Shown piece by piece: positions 1 through 10,987 of a stretch of 64,000 nt of DNA. The DNA is from Tetramitus jugosus. Taxonomy: Eukaryota > Protista > Heterolobosea. The notes under the pieces were generated by a model. It ran no database searches. It saw only the letters and a list, made by a program, of their open reading frames with translations, and was not told the DNA's origin. Numbering within the stretch: the stretch's first letter is position 1; each line of letters opens with the position of its first letter. A program made the translations under genes and the position numbers. Location of the stretch: NCBI GenBank assembly GCA_937625935.1, contig OW569345.1, forward strand, positions 310,001 to 374,000, written 5' to 3'.

Positions 1-1246
1 ATTCTTCATCATTCTCAATGGACAATTTTTGGCCAATGCATTTTGAACAATCAAAGTGAATAATGCATCCATCTTCGGCCAATGCAAAGGCACGTGAGTG
101 TCTCTTGGAGTACACAAACTTTCTGAACATGCCTGCAGATCGATAGATTTGGAAGATGGAACCGCCAGAGAGTTCTGGTTGTCCGACTCCACTCACGACC
201 CAACACACAATGGTGCCATCTTGAGATCCAACACTCATCATGGTGGTCAATGCTGGAGCAGTGTCCACCTTTCTTGGCAACACAATTTCCTTAATGTCCA
301 GAATAGCACCCTTGTGTTTCTTGAAAAATGTCTTTGTGGCCGTCATTTTTTCAAAGATTCTCAATGGACCTGGTGGTGTGGTCCATATGATGACATCAGA
401 TGTGGTCACAATCGGCGTACCAATGTGAGAGTAGTACGGAGTGCTCATCTTTGTAATTTTCTTGTGCAGTGGATAGGGCAATCGACTCTCGTTTTGTTTA
501 ATAAACTCGCTGCTGATTTTAGTGGTGCCATTCTCGTTCAATGGTATCAAAATTTTCTGATCGGCAGGTGAGGAGGATGTTGTTCCGTCTTGAGTGACCT
601 CGGTGATGGGAGTTGGTGGTGTGGATGATGATGAAGATGGTTGTTGCACCTGTGGTGATGGTGATGATGATGATGCAGCGGTTGTTGTTGCTGATGGTTG
701 AGCTCTTGTGGTAGCAGTTGGTGATGGTGATTTTGTAGTTGCAGTTGGTGTTGTTGCTGATGATGGCGTAGTTGTAGTTGTTTGTTGAGGGCTGCTGCTC
801 ACTGCTGTTGATACAATAGGTGATGATGATGATGACGAGGATGAAACAACTGGTGAAAGAGTGTGACTAAATGGAGGCAATTGTTGTGGTGGTGTTGTCT
901 GTTGAGGGACAGCAGTACCATCAGCCAATGTCGATACGACAGGGGATTGAGAAGGTGGTGAACGCATAGAGACAATTGCTGGATCCAAATGCAGAGGATA
1001 ATTTGGCATCATTTGAGGTGCACCCATCGCAGAAAGATGATGATGGTGGTGATGAACAGGACTCATTGGCTGTGGTTGTGGTAGTTGTGAAGGTTGATAG
1101 TTGGCCATATGATGAGGATAGGCAGGTGGTAGTTGATGAGGATGCAGCATGTGTGGTGGCATAGGCACTGGTGAGCCTTGTTGCTGTTGCTGCTGTTGTT
1201 GTTGTTGAAGTTGTTGATGTTGTGTGAGGTGAGCCATCCAGTCCAT
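1..1246 (-). CDS. Probable enhancer of mRNA decapping 4 (EDC4/Ge-1/VARICOSE)-like WD40 protein; partial, runs off the left edge
   Basis: Absent from the ORF track because there is no stop in the window. Manual translation from ATG 1246 is open to base 2: a Q/P/H/S/T-rich N-terminus (MDWMAHLTQHQQLQQQ...), then ITKMSTPYYSHIGTPIVTTSDVIIW..GPLRIFEKMTATKTFFKKHKGAILDI...MMSVGSQDGTIVCWVVS, which resembles the first WD40 blades of VARICOSE/EDC4 (recalled). Confidence 0.55.
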   Translation of the reverse strand, partial: MDWMAHLTQHQQLQQQQQQQQQQGSPVPMPPHMLHPHQLPPAYPHHMANYQPSQLPQPQPMSPVHHHHHHLSAMGAPQMMPNYPLHLDPAIVSMRSPPSQSPVVSTLADGTAVPQQTTPPQQLPPFSHTLSPVVSSSSSSSSPIVSTAVSSSPQQTTTTTPSSATTPTATTKSPSPTATTRAQPSATTTAASSSSPSPQVQQPSSSSSTPPTPITEVTQDGTTSSSPADQKILIPLNENGTTKISSEFIKQNESRLPYPLHKKITKMSTPYYSHIGTPIVTTSDVIIWTTPPGPLRIFEKMTATKTFFKKHKGAILDIKEIVLPRKVDTAPALTTMMSVGSQDGTIVCWVVSGVGQPELSGGSIFQIYRSAGMFRKFVYSKRHSRAFALAEDGCIIHFDCSKCIGQKLSIENDEE

Positions 1247-1539
1247 GGTTGTGTGCTGTTGTTAGAGATTTCGATTTGATTGAAAAATGATTTTTTGATT
1301 TGTGTGTTCTTCTGTTGTGCGAACGTTTTTCTTTCTCTTGTTTGTTTTTGATCTCTTGGGTTCGGGATAATCACGGTCTTTTTATAGTTTGTAACTTTTT
1401 GTAATGTTCAAAGTTTTGTTTCGACTGTTGCTGTTCCCTTCACCTTTGACAGTGGTAGGAAGTACCTGTCGTGAATAGTAATAGATAACTAGAGCCTGTG
1501 AATCATCTTTGAACAGAGATACAACTCATTCCAGAAAAA

Positions 1540-1549
1540 CGCGCCAAAA
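1540..1549 (-). promoter_or_regulatory. E2F-type site TTTTGGCGCG upstream of the cohesin gene
   Basis: Matches the TTTSSCGC consensus, about 155 nt upstream of the STAG ATG. Confidence 0.35.
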
Positions 1550-1703
1550 TTTTCTGGTCGTTAAGAATTCATGCAATAACAGGAATAAAAAATTCGACAA
1601 CAAAACGTTTCGTTGCCTCATCAACGGTGATACAAAAAATTTCTTCCAGCCAAACAAAACAAATTCGACACGACTTGTAAACAACAAACATCAACGACAA
1701 CAA

Positions 1704-4700
1704 ATGGCAACAGCAGCACCCAGAACGGTACAACGTCGAAAACGTGCCAACAAGCAAGCAGAAACCAAAAGAAAGCGTTCTGATGACGACGACAATGAAG
1801 CAAGTGATCCAGAAGAGCAGGAAGAGCAGGAAGAACAAGTTCGATACAGTGACGATGAGATGAGTGACCAAGAAGAAGGTCAAGCATCTGACTCTGATGA
1901 AGAAGGTCATGATGATGACCAGAATGATGATGAATAGTATGTAGTGGTGGTAGTAGTAGTGTGTAGCCCGTTTTTCCTCATACCGAATCATTGAACAACA
2001 ATATCACTCACCTATAATTAAAATACAATTATGCATAATAATCATAATAGTGAACAGGGCAGTAGTGATGAAGAAGATGAACAACAAGATGATGAGAGAG
2101 ATGAGGACTATGATGTCTCCAGTGTTTCTTCCAGAAAGAGAAGAAGAAGAACAACTGCAGCTTCTTCATCCTCTGCTGCAAAGAAGGCGTCAACCTCCAG
2201 AAAAAAGAAGGGTGATTCCTCTGCTGCTACTACTTTGACCAGTGCTACGACATCGAGCAAGCGTTCTACTACGATAAAAACTGGCAAAGTTTCCATTAGT
2301 GGCGCTGCTGCCAAGAGAAAAAAGACTGCAGCAGCAACAAAAAAGAAGAGTGCAACAACAACAGGTGCACCAGCAAAGAAAAAGGCAAGAAAATCTGCAG
2401 ATGACAGCGTATTTATCACAAACGAAATTCCAAATTCGTTGTTTGCCATGATTCGAAGAGGTGAAGCATCAGTGAGTGACATTGTCAACGAGTGGATGGA
2501 TCGATTCAATCATGAGAACAAGATGGACGCGGTGGGAGAGTTGATTTCGTTTGCAATTCAATCATGTGGATGCGCGGCTGAATTCAATGTTTCAACGATT
2601 CATGACGAAGCAAGAGTAGAACAGGTGATTGATTCATTTGTTGGTGGATTCCCTGTTGATATGCCTGATTATCCCATCATTAGTTCTCATCCCTCTCTCA
2701 AGAACTTTAACAAATATTTTGTTGAGTTTTGGGACACGTTGATTCGCAGTTGCCAGGAGGAGATTTTGTTTGATGATGACTTTATGGAGCATTTGTTGAC
2801 ATGGTTGACTGCCATGTCAAGTTCCAAGGTCCGTGCCTTCCGTCACACCAGTTGTCTCGCTCTGTACAGCATTTTCGACACATTGATTGATGTGAATCAA
2901 AACTCGATCAAGAAGGATTTGAGCAAGGTTGAAAAACAGTTGCAAGCTGCACAGAAGAAGAAGGGTGAGGCTGCAAAGATTCAACAATTGTCGGATCAGT
3001 GCTCTGAGATGCAGCAGCGCATTATTGCACTTGATGGTCACATGACCAACATTTTTGATGGTGTGTTTGCGAATCGATTCAAGGACACTGTTCCAAACAT
3101 TCGTGCTTTGACATTGGAATCGTTGGGTGGATGGATTCTAGAGTACCCAAGCAGATATCTGACAAACAAGTGCCTAAAGTACATTGGATGGGGATTGAAC
3201 GATGAGATTCCTTCTATTCGATCCAAGAATCTGTTAATCATCTCCAAGTTGTTCAACACTGAAGCGTTCCATGCAAAGCTCTCTCCATTTGCAAGAAAGT
3301 TCCTTCCTCGTATTGTCGAGATGGCTGTGGCTGATCCTGATATTTCAACAAGCACAGAAGCAATTCAACTTTTAACTGTCTTGTTGCGTCACAAGATTCT
3401 TGGAAGCAAACCTGAGGTCCATGATGATATGATCAAAAAGATTTCCAAATTATTGTATGATGAGAATCAGAGTGTGAGACATTATGCTTCTATTTTCATT
3501 TTCCACAACATGGCCAAGCTGATGGTCGACAAGAGCAAGGCAACCAGAACGGCATCGAAGCAAAAAGCCAAGAAAAAGTTGGATGTCGATCTCGAGGATC
3601 TGATGTTTTTGATGCGTGAGCACTCTAGTGAATGCCCATTGATTCCTTACTATGTGGCAGAAAACTTTTGGAAATTGACTGGTTGTGTCAAGGACTATAA
3701 GGAGATTATTGATTACTTGACTGATAGAGAAGACGAGCTCCAATCTGAAGAAGACACTTTGAATCTCATTAGACTCTTAACTGCCTCTGTACAAAAGGTG
3801 AATGAGCAATTGACTATGAAGACCTCTACTGCCGACAATGCCAAGATTCCAAAGCGAGCAAAGAAGCAACAAGAGAACGAGAGAGTTGCTCAACAAGAAG
3901 AAATGACAGGAATAGTGGCAGCTGCTTTGCCACAGCTTTTTACAAAGTATCAAGCTGAGCCTGAGAAAATTCAAGAATTGGTTCAAATTCCAAAACAATT
4001 GAATCTGGAGGCTTTTACGGAACATCATTTGGAGTCGGATTTTGATGAAATCTTGAAGTTGTTGCGTGACATCTTTTGGAAGTATTCTGAGCCAGTTGTG
4101 TTAAGACACATTGCACAGGCATTTGATTACCTGATTAAGCAAGATTACACCCTCAGAAGTCAAGCAAAGATTGCTTTTGATGAAATTATTAGAGAAATGA
4201 TCAACAAGCTTCAAGAGGCTGTTTCCTCGTTGGAGAATGAAGACATGGGTGCCAAGGAAAAGAACTTTGCAGTTCTCGTTTCTTTGCAGAGAATCAAGGA
4301 GTTCACATTAGTTATGGATGTGGATTTGGAAGGCTTGCACGATGAATTGTCTAACATTCTGGATTCTAAGGTCAACGGAGGTGACATTGACGATCACAGT
4401 GCCCAAATCATTTTGACTATTTTGTGGCAAAAGTTGATCTGGAGAAGAATTTCTTTGGAATCTCAAACTGAAATCACTAGTGATGACATTACTGATCTGA
4501 AGGAAAGAAGAGACAAGCTAGTTTCACAAATTATTCAAATCTTGGCAGGTGCTGATGAATCGGAGACAACGTCTGACTTGGAATTGGCATCATATTACTA
4601 CTTGTGTGATTTATTCCTTTTCTTTGCTCCTTATCCTCCAAAGGATGCTTCCGATAGCTTGAAGGAAGCTTATGAGCAGCTAGTGATCAATTTGAGTGCT

Positions 4701-5738
4701 GATCAGGTCGAAAAGATTACCAAATTCTTTGATCGTGCCTTGAGCAAGGAATTAGAAGTTGAGTCAACCCAACAAGAAGAAGATGAAGTGTTGAATAAGA
4801 AGCACGAAATTCAAAAGCAACGTATAGTTGTTGCTCTATCAAATGCTATCTGCAAGAGTACTGCCAGTGACAAATTATCTCGTGTTGTGCTCTCTCACTT
4901 TGCTTCTCATGGACCAGCTGTGGAAGAAGCAGTCAAGAGCTTTGCACATGCACTGAAGAAGGCAGATGAGTCAACTCTCTGGGATCACGAATTTGAAGCC
5001 ATGAAACGCAAGTTTGCCGAATATGTGTCAGCTCCTGCTAACTCTAACACGGCAACCGAAAAGTATGAACAGTTTGTCAATCTAGTCAACAGATTAGCAC
5101 TGCAACACTTCTGGGGCAAAGATACAAAGCATATTGCATTGGTTATCAGAATGTGTCTTCAATACACTTTCGACAAGATTGTTGAGAGACACAGGTTTTT
5201 GGATGGTCTCACAAAGTATGCTGTGAAGTTGAGCAAGGAAGATGCCAAGGATATTATTGAGATTGTCAATGAACACTCCGAAGCTTGTAGAAGTGAGGAT
5301 TTGGATGAAGATGTAATTAGTTCTGTGGTCTCATTCAAGAAACTCCTGGTCAATGTTTCTCAAGGAAGCAAATCACTGTCGAAGCAGAAGGACGATAAGC
5401 AACAATCAGAGGATCAGGTTCAAGCTTCGGATGATGAGGAGGAAGAACACATCTCTGCAACACCTGTCGTTAGTCGTGCAGGACAAACGAAAAAACGAAG
5501 AACAACAATTACTGTCAATGAATCAGTCACATCCGAAGAACAAGAACAGTCTGAGGGTGACGATGAAACACAGATGGAAGATGAACCTGTTGCCAGTTCT
5601 ACTGAAGAATCTCGAGGTGAGAAGAGGGCTCGAACGGAAGAGGTACAAGATGAGGATGATGAAACCCAAATCTCTCAAGAAGTTGAAGAAGATGAGGATA
5701 TTATTGTCCAAACCCCTGCAAAGAAGCAAAAATTGTAA
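1704..5738 (+). CDS. STAG: Cohesin subunit STAG/SA/Scc3 (2 exons; intron 1937-2050)
   Basis: STAG domain (WLTAMSSSKVRAFRHTS) and SCD (FDGVFANRFKDTVPNIRA...LGGWILEYPSRYL..CLKYIGWGLND). GTATGT donor at 1937 and TAG acceptor at 2050 join TA|T in frame to the 2031 ORF. Confidence 0.93.
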
Positions 5739-5765
5739 AACATAAAGCTATTATTAAGGATAAAA

Positions 5766-7770
5766 TCATTTATACAAAGTGCTTGACTTTTGGCTGTTCC
5801 TCTCGTTGAATCGTTGAATGTGATAGTTGATGAGAGTTGCCAACTTTGCTTCTGCTTTCTCTTTCAACTTGTTTTGGTGAGCGAATACACGGGCCAGATG
5901 AGTTGGATCAGAACATTTTCGGACGGCCAGACTCTTCTTCACTCCTTCTTTGATCTCGATTTCCATGTTAAATAAAAGTTCCCCTTCGTCTGCAGTACTC
6001 GAAGTACTTCTGGGCTCATTCTGTGTTGCCTCAGATATTCGGGGCGTTGAGGGTAATGATTTAAGGTTCAGGAGCTCAGCGTGTTTTCCTGTTTGATTTG
6101 GCGTTGCATTGATGTTCGAGGCCTTATTTCTAGGAGTGGGAGATGGTTGTTGAGAAGAGGTTATTGAATCAGACATTGATTCTGAAACTAGTAATTGCCT
6201 CTTTAACTCTTCAGCTATTTCATTTTCCTTCCATTTCTTTAAGCCGAATGTACTAGCAAAATTTTTAGCAAGTTTGTTCATGTCGTCTCCTCGTCGAACA
6301 ACAATTGTTCCACTTTTGCCATATCCCAACTCTACAATCAATTTCAAGATGGGTTGATTATCGCTTGGAGATGATCTTGTCTGAAGCTTGTCATTCGATG
6401 AGTTTGGTTCATGTTTGTGAACATATCGATTGATTTGAGTTCGAATTAGGAATGCCAAGTGTTGAATCTCGGAAGAATGCAAGTTAAATGTCTCTACAAA
6501 CTTTTTTGCCAACTCGAATACATTATCTCCTGATCTAACTCCTATTTGACCCACTCTCCCATCACCCAAATTAATATCAATATAAATATCAGGTTCTTTC
6601 GTGAGATATGCGTTCTTGGATCTGGGTCTTCTGTTTGCGTAAGTACGAAGTTCAGTGCTTACAACGGGAATAACATGGCCACTTTTGTAGTACTCAAACT
6701 TGCGTATACTATCTGGACTCGCGCTTTTTTGACATTGGATTGTGTGTTGTGAATTGGTTTGGATGGAGTGATTGCTTGTACTAGAGGGATGAGTATCTCT
6801 ATCTATTCCGATATTTGGTGAGCTCGATCGATGAGAGATGATATCAGATAGTACTCGAGTAGGTCTCGGAATCTATGTCAGTAGGAAGTTAGTAAACAAG
6901 ATCCAACTGAGAAGAAACAAATAGAGCATACTTTTCGCCGAGGATCCGGACTCATGAACGATGTTTGTTCAGTTGTTGAAACTTGTGACAGCACAATCGC
7001 TCCCTCCATTAGATCCGACTTTGGGATGAATGATAAATGATCGGACTTGATCCTTAATGCTGCTAGATCTATACTATCATCGTTAGCTTCAATCTCTATC
7101 GACTTATCACTAACTCTGCTCGTAGAGATATCGGAACCGACAACGGGAGAGATTGAAGGCAGAGGTGTAACAGGCAATGTTGCGGGTAGACCGGTGATAT
7201 CAAAAAAGAATTGAATCTTGATAAGCAGTATACGCCAGAGTAGACCCATGTTTAACGAGTCTTGACTCGATATCTCTATAAAGGACATGTCATATTCTGC
7301 CGCTAAATCCTCCGCTTCTTTGATTACCACTTGTCTCTTCTGAATCAAGTCAGCCTTCGTTCCCAATAAGAAACATTGAACTTCATGGAGAGGCATTTTC
7401 CGTATAAATTGGTCAATCTCCCGAAAGGTTTTGATCTCTGTTGTGTCATACATAAAGAAGATAAAGTCACTGGTACGAACCAGATTTTGTTTATCTCTGT
7501 CCAGATGGAGTGAGCCACGATAGATTCAGAATGTAAATACTAAAGCTCGATTGTTGTTTAAACTTACCTATCATCCATGAAGTTGGATGAAAATTGTTCA
7601 TATACCTTCAACAACAGTTGACAGTCGGAATTGATAAGTTTGATGTAAGCTAGAAACGATCGTTGGCTATTCTCTTCACTATGGGGCAACACTTGGAATT
7701 GCCAATTATCGGCCCAACTCTTTCTTCCCACCTCTTTGCATCCTAGAACGCTAATTTCTATCGTTTTCAT
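5766..7770 (-). CDS. Degenerate Rab/Ras-like GTPase domain fused to three PFU-like repeats (3 exons; introns 7497-7567 and 6873-6931)
   Basis: ISVLGCKEVGRKS (G1-like), FIFFMYDTT, LLGTKADL (G4), FIEISS (G5). Splice sites GTAAGT..CAG and GTATGC..ACTAAC..TAG join ORFs 7564, 6878 and 5766 in frame (checked by hand). Three C-terminal repeats of the form h.hdh..G..G.h.VR.GD....LA+.F...h.L. Confidence 0.7.
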
Positions 7771-7917
7771 TGTTGGCAGTCTCTCTAATTCCAATTGCCG
7801 TTTCAAGAATTGTGGCGCCTAGAACACAGTAGATCGCGTGTGTTGAATGAAACGCTCTCGAAGGGGGATCAGATACAGAGAGATTTATTGTGTTGTGTTC
7901 TCGGATGTGTGCACAGT

Positions 7918-9381
7918 CTACTCCTTGTTGGCATCCTTGATCATATCTCTGAATTGAGCAACGAGCTTGTTCTCTCTCTTTACTTTCTCTTCGTGGTGAA
8001 GCAATGCGAGAGCTCTTCTCTCTTCAGCGGTAATCACTTGGTTCTCTTTTCTCATTCTCACTGCATTCATGACTCGATGACGACTTCCACTCATGACATA
8101 TCCCAACTTTTCATAGTCATCAATTTGGTCACTGCTCAAGCCAATCTCACCTCTTCTAGGAATACGCTTGTTATCTTGGACATACTTGGCCATGGCAGTT
8201 CCTTCTCCAGCAAGCAAATCGTGACCATATGTTACATCTACATTGATTTGAGAGGCAGCTCTTGGTCCAAAGTAATCTGCCTCATCACCAGAGGGAGAGT
8301 CTTGACCTCGTTTCTTGCTCTTATGGCTGCTGACCTCATTGTCATGTTTACTCTTTTTACTGCTTCTCTTGCTTCGTTTCCTTCGATAATCACTGCTGCT
8401 ACTGCTGCTATAGCTATCATTATCACTATAGCTGTCACTGTCACTGCTGCTTTCATATCTTCTTCTCTTTTTCTTTCGAGAGTCCTTGTCCCTTCTCTTG
8501 TCCTTCTTTTTCTTTTCTTTCCTACTCTTCTTCTTCTTGCCCTTCTCATCGGTTGTAGCACTCGCTTGCATATTCAATTGATTCATTCTTTGTTTTTCAA
8601 TTCTAGGATCAAACATCATCTCTTCTAATGTGATTGGTTGCAATGGCTCCTTGTTCCACACTTTATCATACACGCTAGGCGATATTGGTGTCGTAAACCG
8701 TTTAATATACCGCTCCTGAAGTATTTCTTCTCTTGATTTCTTTCTCATGGGCTCATCATTCATTTGCGAGTGTCCAAGACGACGACGATGACTCTCATCA
8801 TAATAACGATCACCATTCCTACGACGTTCATCATCATTATCATAACGACGGGAACGAGAGCGATAATGATCTTCACCACCACCATTTTCCTCATTGCCAT
8901 GATTCCTATCATCACGATAACGATCATGACGATAATTGTCACGATTACTTTGATGACGTCGTTCATTGTGATCGTCCTGATCATTGTAGTAGCGCGTCGA
9001 ACGACGATTGTGCTCCTCACGATATCCATCTTCCTCGCGATCTCTCTGTCGTCTTTCGTTTCTTCTCATGTTTTTATCATCATCATTGTCATTGTCATTC
9101 TCATTGTCATGATCATCATTACGTCGTCGTCGCCTATCATAACTACTATGATGATGATGATAGTCTCGTCGATGATCATCATTATGTCGATATCGATCAT
9201 GTGGTTTGTCATCATCATCACGATCACGATCATGGTGTCCGTCTTGTGAACGACCTCTTACATCACCCTCATCTGCTCGATTGTCGACTGATGTGTTTTT
9301 TCGTGTTGCCACCAACATGGATTCTCGAATTTTTTGGCGCAGGTCGTTGCTGTCATTATTGTTGTCTTTGTTGTGAGACAT
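7918..9381 (-). CDS. NKAP: NKAP family splicing/transcription factor (RD-rich N-terminus, NKAP C-terminal domain)
   Basis: [31 protein letters not shown]...[23 protein letters not shown]; first ATG at 9381. Confidence 0.93.
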   Translation of the reverse strand: MSHNKDNNNDSNDLRQKIRESMLVATRKNTSVDNRADEGDVRGRSQDGHHDRDRDDDDKPHDRYRHNDDHRRDYHHHHSSYDRRRRRNDDHDNENDNDNDDDKNMRRNERRQRDREEDGYREEHNRRSTRYYNDQDDHNERRHQSNRDNYRHDRYRDDRNHGNEENGGGEDHYRSRSRRYDNDDERRRNGDRYYDESHRRRLGHSQMNDEPMRKKSREEILQERYIKRFTTPISPSVYDKVWNKEPLQPITLEEMMFDPRIEKQRMNQLNMQASATTDEKGKKKKSRKEKKKKDKRRDKDSRKKKRRRYESSSDSDSYSDNDSYSSSSSSDYRRKRSKRSSKKSKHDNEVSSHKSKKRGQDSPSGDEADYFGPRAASQINVDVTYGHDLLAGEGTAMAKYVQDNKRIPRRGEIGLSSDQIDDYEKLGYVMSGSRHRVMNAVRMRKENQVITAEERRALALLHHEEKVKRENKLVAQFRDMIKDANKE

Positions 9382-9618
9382 TGGTGTGGAGATGGAGTTT
9401 TGAGTTTTGGTTGTGTTTTCTTGAGCAAGGTTCAATTTGTATTGTTGAAGTTGGAGGGCGGAAAAATGAGTTTTAGGCCGAACCTGATTGTATCGGGTGC
9501 CAACTTTCAGTAAAAAATTTCTGTTTGGGTAGCATTGGGACTCTCTCTTGGGAATCTATAGAAAAGAGTGATCCTCTACAATCCAAGGATCTTTGCAGTT
9601 GTATAGTATCGTACAGTA

Positions 9619-10671
9619 TCATGTAACAGCAGTTGTGGCCTTCGTCTTCTCTACAGTCAAGATGGAAGTTTGTGGATTATAGTGAGTCTCAAACTCTGCA
9701 AAACAGAACCATCGAAAGGAAGCATTCATAAACACAGGACACCATCCTCTTTCATCCGATGCCCAAGAGCAATGCTCCCTATGAGTGAAAACTGGCTCCA
9801 TATAGTTATAGTATACAAAAGGAACAAAACCATCTTCGAGATTAGGTGAGATTGCTATTTCATCTTGGAGCATGTCCCTTTTCATGAGATTATCAATCTC
9901 GTCGTCTTCCATACACCTTAAGCTTTGATTGTTGTTTGTTAAGTATGATGGAGTTATCTCTCCTTGCTCATAGAGTTCACTCTCTCGACCTGTAAGAACA
10001 GCATAGCAAAATTGAGACAATGGTATCAACATGTGATCTGATTCTCGCCCAATCTTGACCATATCAAGCAGAATAGAGGGAACATAACCATTTTCATTCA
10101 ACAGACTAAGTATGAGTGCAAGTTTGTGAACTTGGGTCGATGCATTGAAAATCACCAACTTATATTCACTTCTCTCTTGGAGTGTGATTCCAATAGCATC
10201 CTCATAAATTGGATCATCTTCGAGATTTTGGCGCTTAAGTGAAACCAGCGCTGGTATCATACCGTACAATGAAATGTATTCTCTCATACTGACAGAAGTC
10301 ATAAATGCAAGTTTCTGATCCGATGAAATAGTGCTGGATGAATTATCCCCTCCCTTTCTGGAGTTTTCTTCTTCCTTGTACTTTCGATCCATGTTTTCCA
10401 CGATCTTTCCTTTGCCCAATGATCCGTAGAAGTCTCTCCTCAAGAATTGATCCCAGAGATAATTCGAAGACATAATTGTTCGATCCCAGTTTCTATTCAC
10501 CATTCGAAGCTGGAGTGTCTTGTAACAGGAAATAAAACCGAATATTGTCGCCAATGAATCATCATTCAACTCTCCAAGATTCATCAAAGGTGGTGTCATT
10601 CTCTGTTTCTTGTTCTTTGGCTCGTGTTCAGCATCATCATCGACATCAGACAAGTTTTCCTTGTTCGCCAT
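9619..10671 (-). CDS. F-box protein (start uncertain; frame open about 250 nt further upstream)
   Basis: LGELNDDSLATIFGFISCYKTLQLRMVNRNWDRTIMSSNYLW fits the F-box consensus; first in-frame ATG at 10671. Confidence 0.75.
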   Translation of the reverse strand: MANKENLSDVDDDAEHEPKNKKQRMTPPLMNLGELNDDSLATIFGFISCYKTLQLRMVNRNWDRTIMSSNYLWDQFLRRDFYGSLGKGKIVENMDRKYKEEENSRKGGDNSSSTISSDQKLAFMTSVSMREYISLYGMIPALVSLKRQNLEDDPIYEDAIGITLQERSEYKLVIFNASTQVHKLALILSLLNENGYVPSILLDMVKIGRESDHMLIPLSQFCYAVLTGRESELYEQGEITPSYLTNNNQSLRCMEDDEIDNLMKRDMLQDEIAISPNLEDGFVPFVYYNYMEPVFTHREHCSWASDERGWCPVFMNASFRWFCFAEFETHYNPQTSILTVEKTKATTAVT

Positions 10672-10987
10672 GATTTCGAGATATTCTTCAAACTCTTTCT
10701 TGCAGGCAAGCTTTTCTTTCTGTGACAACCTATGCCAGCTTCGACTTCGAGGACTAGTTCCTTGTTTCTCTTTCTCACATCGAATCTCTTCTTGCTGATC
10801 AAAGTACTCTTCAACATCTCGAGGCTGCTTCAGGAAATGAATCTTGAGAAGCTTTGCCCCTCTTCGTCTCTGTGGCACAGTTTCAAAGGGAATCGCAGCC
10901 TTCTTCCATATGTCTCGTTTTCCAAGCTATTTTCTTCCGTCAATTTTTTCCAAGTTCAAAAAAAAAGTCGAACAAAACGGACACACA

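Noticed and set aside
7795-9476. Long plus-strand ORFs (His/Asp- or Ile/Met-rich) opposite NKAP
   Set aside because: Antisense shadows of trinucleotide-rich low-complexity coding sequence.
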